NCBI GenBank assembly: GCA_002361355.1
Contig: DESQ01000029.1
Coordinates: forward strand, 21,141 to 85,140
From: Lachnospiraceae bacterium UBA3310
GTDB taxonomy: Bacteria; Bacillota; Clostridia; Lachnospirales; Lachnospiraceae
Length of the DNA stretch: 64,000 bases
Direction: 5' to 3'
The translations under genes and the position numbers were made by a program. Positions 20,329 through 30,940 of the stretch are shown here, in pieces (position 1 is the stretch's first letter; every line of letters starts with the position of its first letter). Under the pieces are notes generated by a model, which saw nothing but the letters and a program-made list of their open reading frames with translations, did not search any database and was not told the DNA's origin.

Positions 20329-21597
20329 ATGGCAGTAACATTAAGTAAAAAACCGGTCACCGGCATGAAAGACATCCTGCCGGAGGAGATGGAAATCCGC
20401 GACTATGTGATAGGAATTATCAAAGAAACTTACGGGAATTTCGGCTTTACTTCCATCGAGACGCCCTGCGTGGAAAACCTTGCCAACTTAAACTGCAAGG
20501 CGGGCGGCGAAAATGAAAAGCTGATTTTTAAGATACTGAAGCGGGGCGAGAAGCTGCGCATCGACGAGGCGAAGAGCGAGGAGGATCTGACGGACGGAGG
20601 CTTGCGCTATGACCTGACAGTGCCCCTTGTGCGGTATTACTCCAACCATGCGAACGAACTTCCCGCGCCGTTTAAGGCACTGCAGATGGGCAATGTATGG
20701 CGGGCGGACAGGCCCCAGAGGGGACGTTATCGTCAGTTTATGCAGTGTGATATCGATATTCTGGGGGAGGCGTCCAATCTGGCGGAGATTGAGCTGATTC
20801 TGGCCACCACCACCACCCTTGGGAAGCTTGGTTTTAAAAACTTTAATATCCGCATCAATGACAGACAGATTTTAAAGGCTATGGCGGCCTACAGCGGCTT
20901 TGCCGAGGAGGACTACGATCAGGTGTTCATCATCCTGGACAAGATGGACAAGATCGGAAAAGAAGGCGTGGAAGCGGAACTTCTGGAGTCGGGATTCGCG
21001 AAAGAAAAGGTGGACAAGTATCTGGCGCTGTTTCAGGGAATGGAGACGGCGGACGACGCCATTGCCTATATTACGGGAAAACTTGCAGGTGTGCTCCCGG
21101 AGGGGGTAAAGGAAAGTTTTCAGGAAATCATAGACAGTGTGGAAGCCACCAAAGGCGATTTCTTTCATCTGGTGTTTGATCCCACGCTGGTGCGGGGCAT
21201 GTCCTACTATACAGGCACGATTTTTGAGATTGACATGCCGGAGTTTGGCGGAAGCTGCGGCGGCGGCGGAAGGTATGACAAGATGGTGGGGAAATTTACG
21301 GGTAACGATGTGCCGGCCTGCGGGTTTTCCATCGGCTTTGAGCGCATCATCCTGCTCCTTTTGGAGAGCGGCTTTAAAGTGCCGAAGGCGGGGAAGAAAA
21401 TTGCGTACCTCATGGAAAAGGGCCTGCCCTCCGATAAGCTGTGCGCTGTGATGGCGCAGGCGCAGGCGGATCGGGAAAAGGGCAATCAGATTCTGGTGGC
21501 GCGTATGAACAAAAATAAAAAGTTCCAGAAGGAACAGCTCACCGCGCAGGGGTATGAGGAGTTTCAGGAATTTTACAGAGAAGAATTAAAGAGATAA
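20329..21597 (+). CDS. hisS: Histidine--tRNA ligase
   Basis: LRYDLTVP, WRADRPQRGRYRQFMQCD, LVRGMSYYTG and GGGRYD. Confidence 0.96.
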   Translation: MAVTLSKKPVTGMKDILPEEMEIRDYVIGIIKETYGNFGFTSIETPCVENLANLNCKAGGENEKLIFKILKRGEKLRIDEAKSEEDLTDGGLRYDLTVPLVRYYSNHANELPAPFKALQMGNVWRADRPQRGRYRQFMQCDIDILGEASNLAEIELILATTTTLGKLGFKNFNIRINDRQILKAMAAYSGFAEEDYDQVFIILDKMDKIGKEGVEAELLESGFAKEKVDKYLALFQGMETADDAIAYITGKLAGVLPEGVKESFQEIIDSVEATKGDFFHLVFDPTLVRGMSYYTGTIFEIDMPEFGGSCGGGGRYDKMVGKFTGNDVPACGFSIGFERIILLLLESGFKVPKAGKKIAYLMEKGLPSDKLCAVMAQAQADREKGNQILVARMNKNKKFQKEQLTAQGYEEFQEFYREELKR

Positions 21598-21620
21598 AAG
21601 GAAAAGAGGGAAAAACAGCT

Positions 21621-23426
21621 ATGGCAGAATCAATGAAGGGTTGGAAGAGGTCGCACCGCTGTGCGGAGCTTTCCTTACAGAATGTGGGTGAGGAAGTTAC
21701 GGTAATGGGATGGGTGCAGAAGCAGAGAAACAAGGGAGGCATTATTTTTGTGGATCTGCGCGACCGCTCCGGTATTTTACAGATTATTTTTGAGGAGAGC
21801 GACTGCGGGGCGGAAGGCTTTGCCAAGGCGGAGAAGATGAGAAGCGAGTTCGTCATTGCCGTGGTCGGAAAGGTGGAGAAGCGTTCCGGCGCGGTCAATG
21901 AAAATCTGGCCACGGGTGAGATTGAGATCCGCGCCGCACAGGTGCGTATCCTGTCTGAGGCGGAAACGCCGCCATTCCCTGTGGAGGCCGATTCCAAGAC
22001 GAAGGAAGAGATTCGTTTAAAATACCGTTATCTGGATCTGAGAAGGCCGGATCTGCAGGAGAAGTTGATGCTTCGAAGCAAGATTGCCTCGGAGATGCGC
22101 GCCTTCATGGCGAAGGAGGGCTTTCTGGAGATCGAGACGCCGATTCTTTGCAAATCCACGCCGGAGGGGGCAAGGGATTATCTGGTGCCCAGCCGTGTGC
22201 ATCCCGGCAATTTCTACGCGCTGCCCCAGTCGCCGCAGCTCTACAAACAGCTTTTGATGTGCTCCGGGTACGACCGGTATTTCCAGATCGCACGGTGCTT
22301 CCGTGATGAGGATCTGCGCGCGGACAGGCAGCCGGAGTTCACACAGGCGGATATGGAGCTTTCGTTTGTCGATGTGGATGATGTGATCGAGGTGAATGAG
22401 AGATTGATCGCTCATGTCTGCAAGGAAGCCATCGGACTGGATGTACCGCTTCCCCTGCCCCGCATGACATGGCAGGAGGCGATGGATCGTTTCGGCTCCG
22501 ATAAGCCGGATACCCGCTTTGGCATGGAATTGACGGATGTATCAGAGGTGGTTGCGGGATGCGGTTTCGGGGTGTTTACCTCCGCGCTGGAAAACGGCGG
22601 TTCTGTCCGCGGCTTAAATGTGAAGGGACAGGCGGCCATGCCCAGAAAGAAAATTGACGCGCTGGTGGATTTCGCGAAGGGCTACGGTGCGAAGGGCCTG
22701 GCTTACCTGAGTGTGCAGGAGGACGGCACATACAAGTCTTCTTTTGCGAAATTTATGACGGAGGAAACGCTTGACAGTCTGGTGAAGGCTATGCAGGGCG
22801 AAAAGGGAGATCTGCTCCTCTTTGCAGCCGACAAGAAAAATATTGTCTACAGCGTGCTCGGCGCGCTGCGTGTGGAACTTGGAAAGCAGCTCGGGCTGAT
22901 CGACGAGTCGAAGTTTCATTTCCTGTGGGTGGTAGAGTTCCCGCTGTTAGAGTGGAGCGAGGAGGAAAACCGCTTTATGGCGATGCATCATCCGTTTACG
23001 ATGCCCATGGAGGAGGACTGGCAGTATATCGACTCCGATCCGGGAAGGGTGCGCGCCAAGGCTTACGATATCGTGTTGAACGGTGTGGAGCTGGGAGGCG
23101 GCTCTGTCAGAATCCATCAGGATGATATACAGGAGAAAATGTTTGAGGTATTAGGGTTTACAAAGGAGCAGGCGTGGGAGCAGTTCGGTTTCCTGTTAAG
23201 CGCTTTCAAGTACGGCGTTCCGCCTCATGCGGGGCTGGCTTACGGACTTGACCGCTTTGTCATGCTTTTGACGCATGCGGACAGTATTCGTGAGGTAATC
23301 GCTTTCCCGAAGATAAAGGATGCCTCCTGTCTCATGACAGAAGCGCCGGGTGTGGTGGATGAAAAGCAGCTCGCGGAACTGCAGATCGCGATTACCCCTG
23401 CGCCGGAAAAAGATGATAATGCGTAA
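21621..23426 (+). CDS. aspS: Aspartate--tRNA ligase
   Basis: STPEGARDY, LPQSPQLYKQLLM, CFRDEDLRADRQPEFTQ, HHPFT and PPHAGLAYGLDR. Confidence 0.97.
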   Translation: MAESMKGWKRSHRCAELSLQNVGEEVTVMGWVQKQRNKGGIIFVDLRDRSGILQIIFEESDCGAEGFAKAEKMRSEFVIAVVGKVEKRSGAVNENLATGEIEIRAAQVRILSEAETPPFPVEADSKTKEEIRLKYRYLDLRRPDLQEKLMLRSKIASEMRAFMAKEGFLEIETPILCKSTPEGARDYLVPSRVHPGNFYALPQSPQLYKQLLMCSGYDRYFQIARCFRDEDLRADRQPEFTQADMELSFVDVDDVIEVNERLIAHVCKEAIGLDVPLPLPRMTWQEAMDRFGSDKPDTRFGMELTDVSEVVAGCGFGVFTSALENGGSVRGLNVKGQAAMPRKKIDALVDFAKGYGAKGLAYLSVQEDGTYKSSFAKFMTEETLDSLVKAMQGEKGDLLLFAADKKNIVYSVLGALRVELGKQLGLIDESKFHFLWVVEFPLLEWSEEENRFMAMHHPFTMPMEEDWQYIDSDPGRVRAKAYDIVLNGVELGGGSVRIHQDDIQEKMFEVLGFTKEQAWEQFGFLLSAFKYGVPPHAGLAYGLDRFVMLLTHADSIREVIAFPKIKDASCLMTEAPGVVDEKQLAELQIAITPAPEKDDNA

Positions 23427-23445
23427 ATGTTGAAAAGGAGTCAAT

Positions 23446-24375
23446 ATGGCGGAACAAAGACAAGATAACAAAGCGCTGGAGGAGGCGATAGCCACATTCC
23501 GGGCGGATAAGGAACGGGACAGCTATGTGAAGGTGATGGAGCTTATGGAGCGATCCATCGTTCTGGTGCCGGCTATGCCGCCAAAAGACCTTCCTGCGGA
23601 AATGATGGAGCAGATGAAGGCCGGAAAGCCTGTGAAACTTCCCAAGGAAGCCAGGATTGTGCCCTGTCTGCTCCGCAAGGAGACGGGGGAACAGGCGCTT
23701 CCCATTTTCACTTCGCCGGAACAGATTCCACCTGACAAGAAGAGCCCCATGGTGGTCGCCATGCCTTTTATGGGCTGTGTTGCCATGGCAATGGCAAATC
23801 AGGACAAGGTGGCGGAGATTGTGGTGAATCCTTTTACCGGTATTATGGTTCTCAACAAATCGGTTCTGGAGGTGGCGGAAAAGCGCAGGAAGGCGGCAGG
23901 GCAGATCAAGACGGTGCAGCTTACGAAAGAGCAGTTTCAGGATCTTGCCCACAACAGGGTGGTCCTCTCCCTTTTGCCCAAATATCTGTTTGAGAATAAA
24001 GAAGAGGGGCTTAAAAAGCTGCAGCAGGAGGAAGGGGATTTCCTTCTGCACTTCTATGACGAGGTTTATCCGGAGGGGCAGAAGGCTTCCTGCCGGCCGG
24101 ATGATTTTTCTCTGATGACGCTCAACATTACGGATACAATACAGCTCACCCGTGTGGATATGCCGGACGAGGTCGCGAAGAAAAATCTGTGCTACCGGGT
24201 CTATGCCGTGTGGAAACGGGATACGGAGGAACTGTTGTACTACACGCTGGAAAAGACGAAGGACGGTAATGTGATCGCCAAAGTCACGGCGGACGGCATG
24301 CACGAAGTAGTGGAGCCCGCGCCGGAAAACGGAGCGGAGATCGAGGCGATTCTCGGTCTTGTGACGCCGATGTAA
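23446..24375 (+). CDS. SseB-family protein
   Basis: VLVPA...ALPIFTS...IVVNPF pattern typical of the SseB N-domain; AAGGAG RBS. Confidence 0.75.
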   Translation: MAEQRQDNKALEEAIATFRADKERDSYVKVMELMERSIVLVPAMPPKDLPAEMMEQMKAGKPVKLPKEARIVPCLLRKETGEQALPIFTSPEQIPPDKKSPMVVAMPFMGCVAMAMANQDKVAEIVVNPFTGIMVLNKSVLEVAEKRRKAAGQIKTVQLTKEQFQDLAHNRVVLSLLPKYLFENKEEGLKKLQQEEGDFLLHFYDEVYPEGQKASCRPDDFSLMTLNITDTIQLTRVDMPDEVAKKNLCYRVYAVWKRDTEELLYYTLEKTKDGNVIAKVTADGMHEVVEPAPENGAEIEAILGLVTPM

Positions 24376-24416
24376 CAGCCGCCATAGAAAACAAGCGGCG
24401 GATGGAAGGAAACGAT

Positions 24417-25085
24417 ATGGACACAATTATTTTTGATCTGGACGGAACGCTTCTCAATACGCTGGAAGATCTGACGGACAGCGTCAATCATGCCATGGAA
24501 GCATTCGGATTTCCCGTGCATACGATTGAGGAGATCCGCAGCTTTGTGGGAAACGGTGCCCCTAAACTGATCGAACGGAGCATTCCGCAGGGAAAAGAGA
24601 ATCCCTCCTACGATGCGGTTCTTGCGTCCTTCAAAGAGTATTACGCCGCGCACTGTGAGGATAAGACAAATCCTTACGAGGGGATTATGGAACTTCTGGC
24701 ACAGTTGAAGAACGGGGGTTATCGGATGGCTGTCGTCTCCAACAAGTTTGACGGCGCGGTGAAGCGTCTGTGCGAAAAATATTTCGGAAATTACATTGAG
24801 GTGGCTATCGGGGAGAGCGCGGATGTAAAGAGAAAACCTGCGCCCGATACAGTGTACCGGGCGCTTCGTGAACTTTCCTGCGACGCCTCCCGCGCGGTTT
24901 ACGTGGGAGATTCCGAGGTGGACATACAGACGGCAAAGAATGCGTCTCTGCCCTGCATCAGCGTTACCTGGGGATTCCGAACAGAAGAACAGCTAAAGGC
25001 TGCCGGTGCGGACGTAAAGCGTATGATCAGGAATCCTCAGGCTCTTGTTCCTCTGCTTCTACAGCTTCATCAGGCGGAAGGGTGA
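24417..25085 (+). CDS. HAD-IA hydrolase (phosphoglycolate phosphatase-like)
   Basis: FDLDGTL, VVSNK, KPAP and YVGDSEVD. Confidence 0.92.
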   Translation: MDTIIFDLDGTLLNTLEDLTDSVNHAMEAFGFPVHTIEEIRSFVGNGAPKLIERSIPQGKENPSYDAVLASFKEYYAAHCEDKTNPYEGIMELLAQLKNGGYRMAVVSNKFDGAVKRLCEKYFGNYIEVAIGESADVKRKPAPDTVYRALRELSCDASRAVYVGDSEVDIQTAKNASLPCISVTWGFRTEEQLKAAGADVKRMIRNPQALVPLLLQLHQAEG

Positions 25086-26331
25086 TCAATACTTTCACAA
25101 TATGGTTATCCTGAATGCCGCAGGCCTTAAGGACGATACCGTTTTCCAACGTGATGGTCTCCTGATCCTGGGGCAGACGGTCAAGCTGTTCCAGCATGAG
25201 GCCGCCGATGGAGTCATAGTCTTCGGAGTCGAGTGAGATCTCCAGGGCATCGTTTATGTCGTCAAGTTTCATACCGCCCTCGACCAGATATTGGCCTTCC
25301 TCCGTTTCCTGAATCAGTTCTTCCTCGTCCGCGTCGTACTCGTCGCGGATTTCGCCTACCAGTTCTTCGATGATATCCTCCATGGTGATCATGCCCACGG
25401 TGGCGCCGTACTCGCTCAGGACAAAAGCAACGGCGCAGGACTTTTCACGTATTTCCATCAACAGGTCTGACACATTCTTATATTCATAAGTATAGTAAGC
25501 CTCGCGCAGAATTTTTTTGAGGCTGAATTTTTCCTTGTCCTTTACCAGAATAAAATCTTTGATATTGACAATGCCGATGATGTGATCCGGGTCGTCGTCA
25601 TAGACAGGAATCCTCGTAAACATGCTCGACTGAAAGGTGGAGAGCAGTTCCTGATAGGTTGCGCTTAAAGGAAGCGTTGTCATCTGGATACGGGGGATCA
25701 TAATGTCTTTCGCGACAGTGTCGCCGAAATCGAACACATTGTAGATAAAAGTGCGCTCATCCGATTCGATCGCGCCGCCCTCATGGCTTACGTCCACATA
25801 GGTTTTCAGTTCTTTTTCGGAAATACTGAAATTGTTCCCCTCGGAGCTGATATGTAACAGCTGGAGAATCCAGTTGGAAAGCAGATCCACCAGAAAAATG
25901 ACCGGCGTGAGAACAGTCATCAGCAGACGGATAACAGACCCGAACAGAAGCGTGATAGAATCCGCGCGCTGCATGGCCCATGTTTTAGGGATGATCTCGC
26001 CGAACATCAAAACCACGAAGGTCAGAATGCCTGTGGCAATTCCAACGGCCCTGTTTCCCCATAAACTTATGGCGAAGGTGGTAGCGACGGATGAGGCGGA
26101 AAGGTTGACAATGTTGTTGCCGATCAGGATAGCGCTCAACATTTTGCCGTACTGATCCAGAATGGCAAGCACCCGGACAGCCCGTTTGTTGTCCTCCTCG
26201 GCCAGCGTGCGAAGCCGTACGCGGTTTACGGTGGAGAAGGCGGTTTCCGCGGAAGAGAAAAAGGCCGACAGGAAAACGAGAACGGCCAGAGAAATCAGTT
26301 GTATGACACCTGGGGTATCCAAAATGATCAT
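25027..26331 (-). CDS. HlyC/CorC (CNNM-CBS-CorC) transporter
   Basis: SAFFSSAETA, FGEIIPK, CBS pair, EDIIEELVGEIRDEYD. Confidence 0.93.
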   Translation of the reverse strand: MIILDTPGVIQLISLAVLVFLSAFFSSAETAFSTVNRVRLRTLAEEDNKRAVRVLAILDQYGKMLSAILIGNNIVNLSASSVATTFAISLWGNRAVGIATGILTFVVLMFGEIIPKTWAMQRADSITLLFGSVIRLLMTVLTPVIFLVDLLSNWILQLLHISSEGNNFSISEKELKTYVDVSHEGGAIESDERTFIYNVFDFGDTVAKDIMIPRIQMTTLPLSATYQELLSTFQSSMFTRIPVYDDDPDHIIGIVNIKDFILVKDKEKFSLKKILREAYYTYEYKNVSDLLMEIREKSCAVAFVLSEYGATVGMITMEDIIEELVGEIRDEYDADEEELIQETEEGQYLVEGGMKLDDINDALEISLDSEDYDSIGGLMLEQLDRLPQDQETITLENGIVLKACGIQDNHIVKVLITLPPDEAVEAEEQEPEDS

Positions 26332-26491
26332 TCACTCCTTGCTTTTATTCTTGATAACAGTGATATTAGTTCAGCCTGCGCCATGCATGGCTGAACTGTT
26401 AGAGAAAATATTACTAGATGCATAAGATTGTGTCAAGTTTTTATACCGAAAGGAATACATTAGATATAGAGGAAGAAAGGACAAGGGGATT

Positions 26492-26869
26492 GTGATGGGA
26501 AAAAAAGAACTATATACGGGAAAGGCAGTTTTTATCATTAAATGTATGCTGGGAGCCTACATTTTGACGGCAGGTCTTCTCTTGCTGCTTGCCTTTATCC
26601 TGTATCGTTTCGGGCTGTCCGAGAAGGTGGTGTCCGTCTGTATCATTGGGATTTACATAGTGGTTACGTTCCTGGCGGGCATGCTTGCGGGGAAAAGGGA
26701 AGGGAAAAGGAAATTTCTTTGGGGACTGGTCATGGGCGTGCTGTATTTCGGTATTCTTGTGGTGGTGTCCATGGTGGTGAACAAAGGCGTGGAGGATGTG
26801 GCGGGAAATATGCTGACGGTGTTTTTCCTGTGCGCAGGGAGCGGTATGCTTGGCGGAATGGTATCCTAA
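26492..26869 (+). CDS. TIGR04086-family membrane protein
   Basis: Four TM segments, KRKFLWG and GMLGGM motifs; directly upstream of the SCIFF locus. Confidence 0.8.
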   Translation: MMGKKELYTGKAVFIIKCMLGAYILTAGLLLLLAFILYRFGLSEKVVSVCIIGIYIVVTFLAGMLAGKREGKRKFLWGLVMGVLYFGILVVVSMVVNKGVEDVAGNMLTVFFLCAGSGMLGGMVS

Positions 26870-26973
26870 AGAAAAAAGTCTTTCCGTATCGCGGAATCTG
26901 TGTTATACTTGACGCAGACTGCGGAGGATTACAGCATCTGAGAATACAATTATTACATAAGGAGGACATAGCT

Positions 26974-27117
26974 GTGAAGCATATTAAGACTTTATCTACC
27001 AGAGATTTAAAGGAATCCATGAAGAAGGGCGGCTGCGGCGAGTGCCAGACATCCTGCCAGTCTGCCTGCAAGACTTCTTGTACCGTGGGAAACCAGAGCT
27101 GCGAGAAGGCGAGATAG
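26974..27117 (+). CDS. scfA: SCIFF six-cysteine ranthipeptide precursor (47 aa)
   Basis: MKHIKTL...GGCGECQTSCQSACKTSCTVGNQSCE; GTG start after AAGGAGG. Confidence 0.96.
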   Translation: MKHIKTLSTRDLKESMKKGGCGECQTSCQSACKTSCTVGNQSCEKAR

Positions 27118-27267
27118 GCATTTTTTAAGGCGGCGGGGAGCCGCAAAACAGATCAGGGAAAACCAGGCAGGCTCGGCATGCGGCGCATGACGGGTCTGCT
27201 TCTGTGAATGGACACAGGCTGAACTGTAATTACTATTGTAATATATGGAAACGTAAGGAGAAAAATT

Positions 27268-28665
27268 GTGATACACCGGTATATCAATAATGGCTATCAT
27301 ATCGTGATGGATGTCAACAGCGGCAGCGTGCATGTGATGGACAAGTCTGCCTACGATGCGGTTCCTGTGGCACAGCGGCTGATTGAGCAGGGGAAAGAGG
27401 ATAAGGAAGAAATTGCGCGGGCAGTGGCAGAGGAGCTTTCCATGGCGCTTTCCGAGGCGGAGGAACTGGCGGAAGAGTTTCTTGCCCTGAAGGAGGCGGG
27501 ACAGCTTTTTGCCGAGGATATTTACGAGAACTATATAGATGCCTTCAAGGAGCGTGAGACAGTGGTGAAGGCACTTTGTCTCCATATCGCCCACGATTGT
27601 AACCTGGCCTGCAAATACTGCTTTGCGGGGGAGGGCGAGTATCACGGAAGACGGGCGCTGATGAGTCTGGAAGTAGGAAAGAAGGCGTTGGATTTTCTGG
27701 TGGCAAACTCCGGTAACCGGGTGAATCTGGAGGTGGATTTCTTTGGCGGAGAGCCTCTTATGAACTGGCAGGTGGTCAAGGACTTGGTGGCCTATGGAAG
27801 ATCTCTGGAGGAGCCGCACCACAAGAAGTTCCGCTTTACGCTGACTACCAACGGCGTATTGCTTACCGATGAGGTTATGGATTTTGTCAACAGGGAGATG
27901 TCAAATCTGGTACTCAGCATAGACGGCAGGAAGGAAATTCACGATCTCATGAGGCCGCACCGTGGCGGGCAGGGCAGTTATGACGAGATCCTGCCTAAAT
28001 ATAAAAAGGCGGCCAGGAGCAGAAACCAGATGAACTATTATGTGCGGGGCACGTATACGCGGAACAATACGGATTTTTCCGAGGATGTGATACATCTGGC
28101 AGACGAGGGGTTTGAGCAGATTTCCGTGGAACCCGTGGTGGCGGATAAAAAGGAAGACTATGCGCTTCGGATGGAGGATGTGCCGACGCTTTTGTCTGAG
28201 TATGACAAGCTTGCCCTGGAATATATTAACAGAAAAAGAGAAGGAAAGGGTTTTCAATTCTTTCATTTTATGATAGATTTAGAAGGTGGCCCTTGCGTGG
28301 CAAAGAGATTGTCAGGCTGTGGGTCAGGTACGGAATATCTGGCGGTGACTCCGTGGGGAGATCTGTATCCCTGCCATCAGTTTGTGGGGCAGGAAGAATT
28401 TCTCATGGGAAATGTGGAGGACGGGATCGTCCGGAAGGATATTCAGGATAAATTTAAGGCGTGCAATGTCTACTCTAAGAAAGAGTGCAGGGATTGCTTC
28501 GCGAAATTTTATTGCAGCGGCGGCTGTGCGGCTAACGCCTACCATGAGTGTGGCGATGTGAACGGTTCTTATGAGCTCGGATGTGAACTTCAAAGGAAAC
28601 GGGTGGAATGCGCGATCATGATAAAAGCGGCGCTTGCCGATGAAGAAAGGGAGAATTATCTATGA
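27268..28665 (+). CDS. scfB: SCIFF radical SAM/SPASM maturase
   Basis: N-terminal RRE-like domain, CNLACKYC, FFGGEP and SPASM cysteines. Confidence 0.95.
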   Translation: MIHRYINNGYHIVMDVNSGSVHVMDKSAYDAVPVAQRLIEQGKEDKEEIARAVAEELSMALSEAEELAEEFLALKEAGQLFAEDIYENYIDAFKERETVVKALCLHIAHDCNLACKYCFAGEGEYHGRRALMSLEVGKKALDFLVANSGNRVNLEVDFFGGEPLMNWQVVKDLVAYGRSLEEPHHKKFRFTLTTNGVLLTDEVMDFVNREMSNLVLSIDGRKEIHDLMRPHRGGQGSYDEILPKYKKAARSRNQMNYYVRGTYTRNNTDFSEDVIHLADEGFEQISVEPVVADKKEDYALRMEDVPTLLSEYDKLALEYINRKREGKGFQFFHFMIDLEGGPCVAKRLSGCGSGTEYLAVTPWGDLYPCHQFVGQEEFLMGNVEDGIVRKDIQDKFKACNVYSKKECRDCFAKFYCSGGCAANAYHECGDVNGSYELGCELQRKRVECAIMIKAALADEERENYL

Positions 28666-30923
28666 AAAAGAGCAAAGCGGTTGTCAGTCTGATCGTTTAT
28701 CTGCTGATTCTCGGACTTTTGGGATACACGGCGATCTTTGGCGTGGGTTCGGACAAGTCGGGTGCGGCGGGAAGCATTAAGCTGGGTCTGGATCTGGCGG
28801 GAGGCGTCAGCATCACCTATCAGGTGGTGGGAGACGGGAATCCCAGTGCGGAGGATATGAGTGATACCATATATAAGCTGCAGCAGCGTGTGGACGGTTA
28901 CAGCACGGAGGCGCAGGTGTATCAGGAGGGAAACGACCGGATCAATATTGAGATTCCCGGCGTTACCGATGCCAACGCCATTCTGGAGGAACTGGGAAAA
29001 CCCGGAAGCCTCTATTTTATCGCACAGACGGACAGCGAGGGAAATAATAACTATGAGCTGGGCTACGGAATAGACAGTGAAGGAAATATCATTCCGCAGT
29101 ACCAGTTGACAAAGACCATTGAAGAACTGCAGGCGGACGGCTCTATCGTCCTCACCGGTACGGAGGTAGAGGGCGCGCGGGCGACCAGCCAGGAGGACTC
29201 TATGGGAAACCGGGAAAACGTGGTGGCCCTTTCCTTTAATGAGCAGGGAAAACAGGCTTTTGCGGATGCTACCACGAAGGCCTATGAAAACGGTGAGTCC
29301 ATCGCGATCTATTATGACGGCGAGCTGGTGAGTGTGCCGAATGTGATTTCGGCAATCACCGACGGCAATGCCGTGATTACGGGGCAGAGTACGGCGGCGG
29401 AGGCGGAGCAGCTTGCGTCCACCATCCGTATCGGCGGCCTGAAACTGGAGTTAGAGGAACTCCGTTCCAATGTGGTCGGCGCGCAGCTTGGCTCTGCGGC
29501 GATTGCGTCCAGCCTGAAAGCGGCGGCAGTCGGTTTTGCGCTGGTTGTGATCTTCATGATTGGCGTGTACTACGTGGCAGGTTTTGCCGCGTCCCTGGCG
29601 CTGTGTTTGTACTCGGAGCTTCTGGTTATCCTGATGTACGCCTTTGAGGTGACTTTGACACTGCCCGGTATTGCGGGTATTATCCTTTCCGTCGGTATGG
29701 CGGTGGATGCGAACGTGATTATTTTCGCCCGTATCAGGGAGGAACTGGCCGCGGGCAAGAGCGTGGAAAACGCCATCAAGGTTGGTTTCAGTAAGGCGCT
29801 GCCCGCTATCCTGGACGGTAATGTCACGACCCTCATCGCGGGCCTGGTGCTTTACTTTATGGGAAGCGGCACGGTCAAGGGATTCTCCATTACCCTGATG
29901 TTAGGTATTATCCTGTCCGTTTTCACGGCGCTTATGGTAACGAAGTTTTTGATCAACATCTTCTACGCGCTGGGCATTCAGAGCGTGAAAGCCTACGGCG
30001 TTGCGAAGGAGAGAAAGACCATCAACTTCCTTTCCAGGAAATATCTGTTCTTTGGGATTTCCATTGCGGCGATTCTGGCGGGCTTTATTGCCATGGGCGT
30101 AAATAAATCAAGCATAGATATGCCTTTGAATTTCAGTCTGGATTTTGTGGGCGGTACTTCCACGACCATGACCCTCAATGAGGATATGAGTATCGAGGAC
30201 ATTGATGCGCAGATTGTGCCTTATGTGGAGAAAATCACAGGGGACGGCAATGTGCAGACCACAAAGGTGGCAGGATCCAATCAGGTGATTATCAAGACAA
30301 GAACCCTGAATGTGGAGGAGAGAGAAGAATTTAACAACGTGATGGTAAATAATTTCGGCGTGGATGAGAGCACGATCACGGCGGAGACCATCAGTGCGAC
30401 GGTCAGCTCCGAGATGCAGAAGGGCGCTATCCAGGCAATCCTTGTGGCGACGGTGTTGATGCTGTTATATATCTGGTTCCGGTTTAAGGATATCCGCTTC
30501 GGCGCAAGCTCTGTGATCGCTCTGGTGCATGATGTGCTTGTGGTGCTTGCTTTCTATGCGATTGTGCGGATTTCCGTAGGCAATACCTTTATTGCGTGTA
30601 TGCTGACGATCGTGGGTTATTCCATCAACGCTACTATCGTAATTTTCGACCGTGTGCGTGAAAACCTGCGGGGAATGCAGAACAAAGACCAACTCGACGA
30701 TATGGTTAACCGGAGTATTACCCAGACTCTCACGAGAAGTATTTTCACATCCCTGACCACGTTCTTTATGGTGGCAGCTTTGGAGGTGTTCGGCGTATCT
30801 TCTATCAGAGAGTTCGCGCTGCCGCTGATGGCGGGTATCGTCTGTGGTACGTATTCCTCCATTTGCCTGACGGGCGCGCTCTGGTATGTGTTCCGCACGA
30901 AGCTTGTGAAGAAAGCAAAGTAA
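28662..30923 (+). CDS. secDF: Fused protein translocase subunit SecDF
   Basis: LGLDLAGG, GMAVDANV, LDFVGG and GYSINATIVIFDRVRE. Confidence 0.95.
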   Translation: MKKSKAVVSLIVYLLILGLLGYTAIFGVGSDKSGAAGSIKLGLDLAGGVSITYQVVGDGNPSAEDMSDTIYKLQQRVDGYSTEAQVYQEGNDRINIEIPGVTDANAILEELGKPGSLYFIAQTDSEGNNNYELGYGIDSEGNIIPQYQLTKTIEELQADGSIVLTGTEVEGARATSQEDSMGNRENVVALSFNEQGKQAFADATTKAYENGESIAIYYDGELVSVPNVISAITDGNAVITGQSTAAEAEQLASTIRIGGLKLELEELRSNVVGAQLGSAAIASSLKAAAVGFALVVIFMIGVYYVAGFAASLALCLYSELLVILMYAFEVTLTLPGIAGIILSVGMAVDANVIIFARIREELAAGKSVENAIKVGFSKALPAILDGNVTTLIAGLVLYFMGSGTVKGFSITLMLGIILSVFTALMVTKFLINIFYALGIQSVKAYGVAKERKTINFLSRKYLFFGISIAAILAGFIAMGVNKSSIDMPLNFSLDFVGGTSTTMTLNEDMSIEDIDAQIVPYVEKITGDGNVQTTKVAGSNQVIIKTRTLNVEEREEFNNVMVNNFGVDESTITAETISATVSSEMQKGAIQAILVATVLMLLYIWFRFKDIRFGASSVIALVHDVLVVLAFYAIVRISVGNTFIACMLTIVGYSINATIVIFDRVRENLRGMQNKDQLDDMVNRSITQTLTRSIFTSLTTFFMVAALEVFGVSSIREFALPLMAGIVCGTYSSICLTGALWYVFRTKLVKKAK

Positions 30924-30940
30924 TAAAGTACTATAAATTA

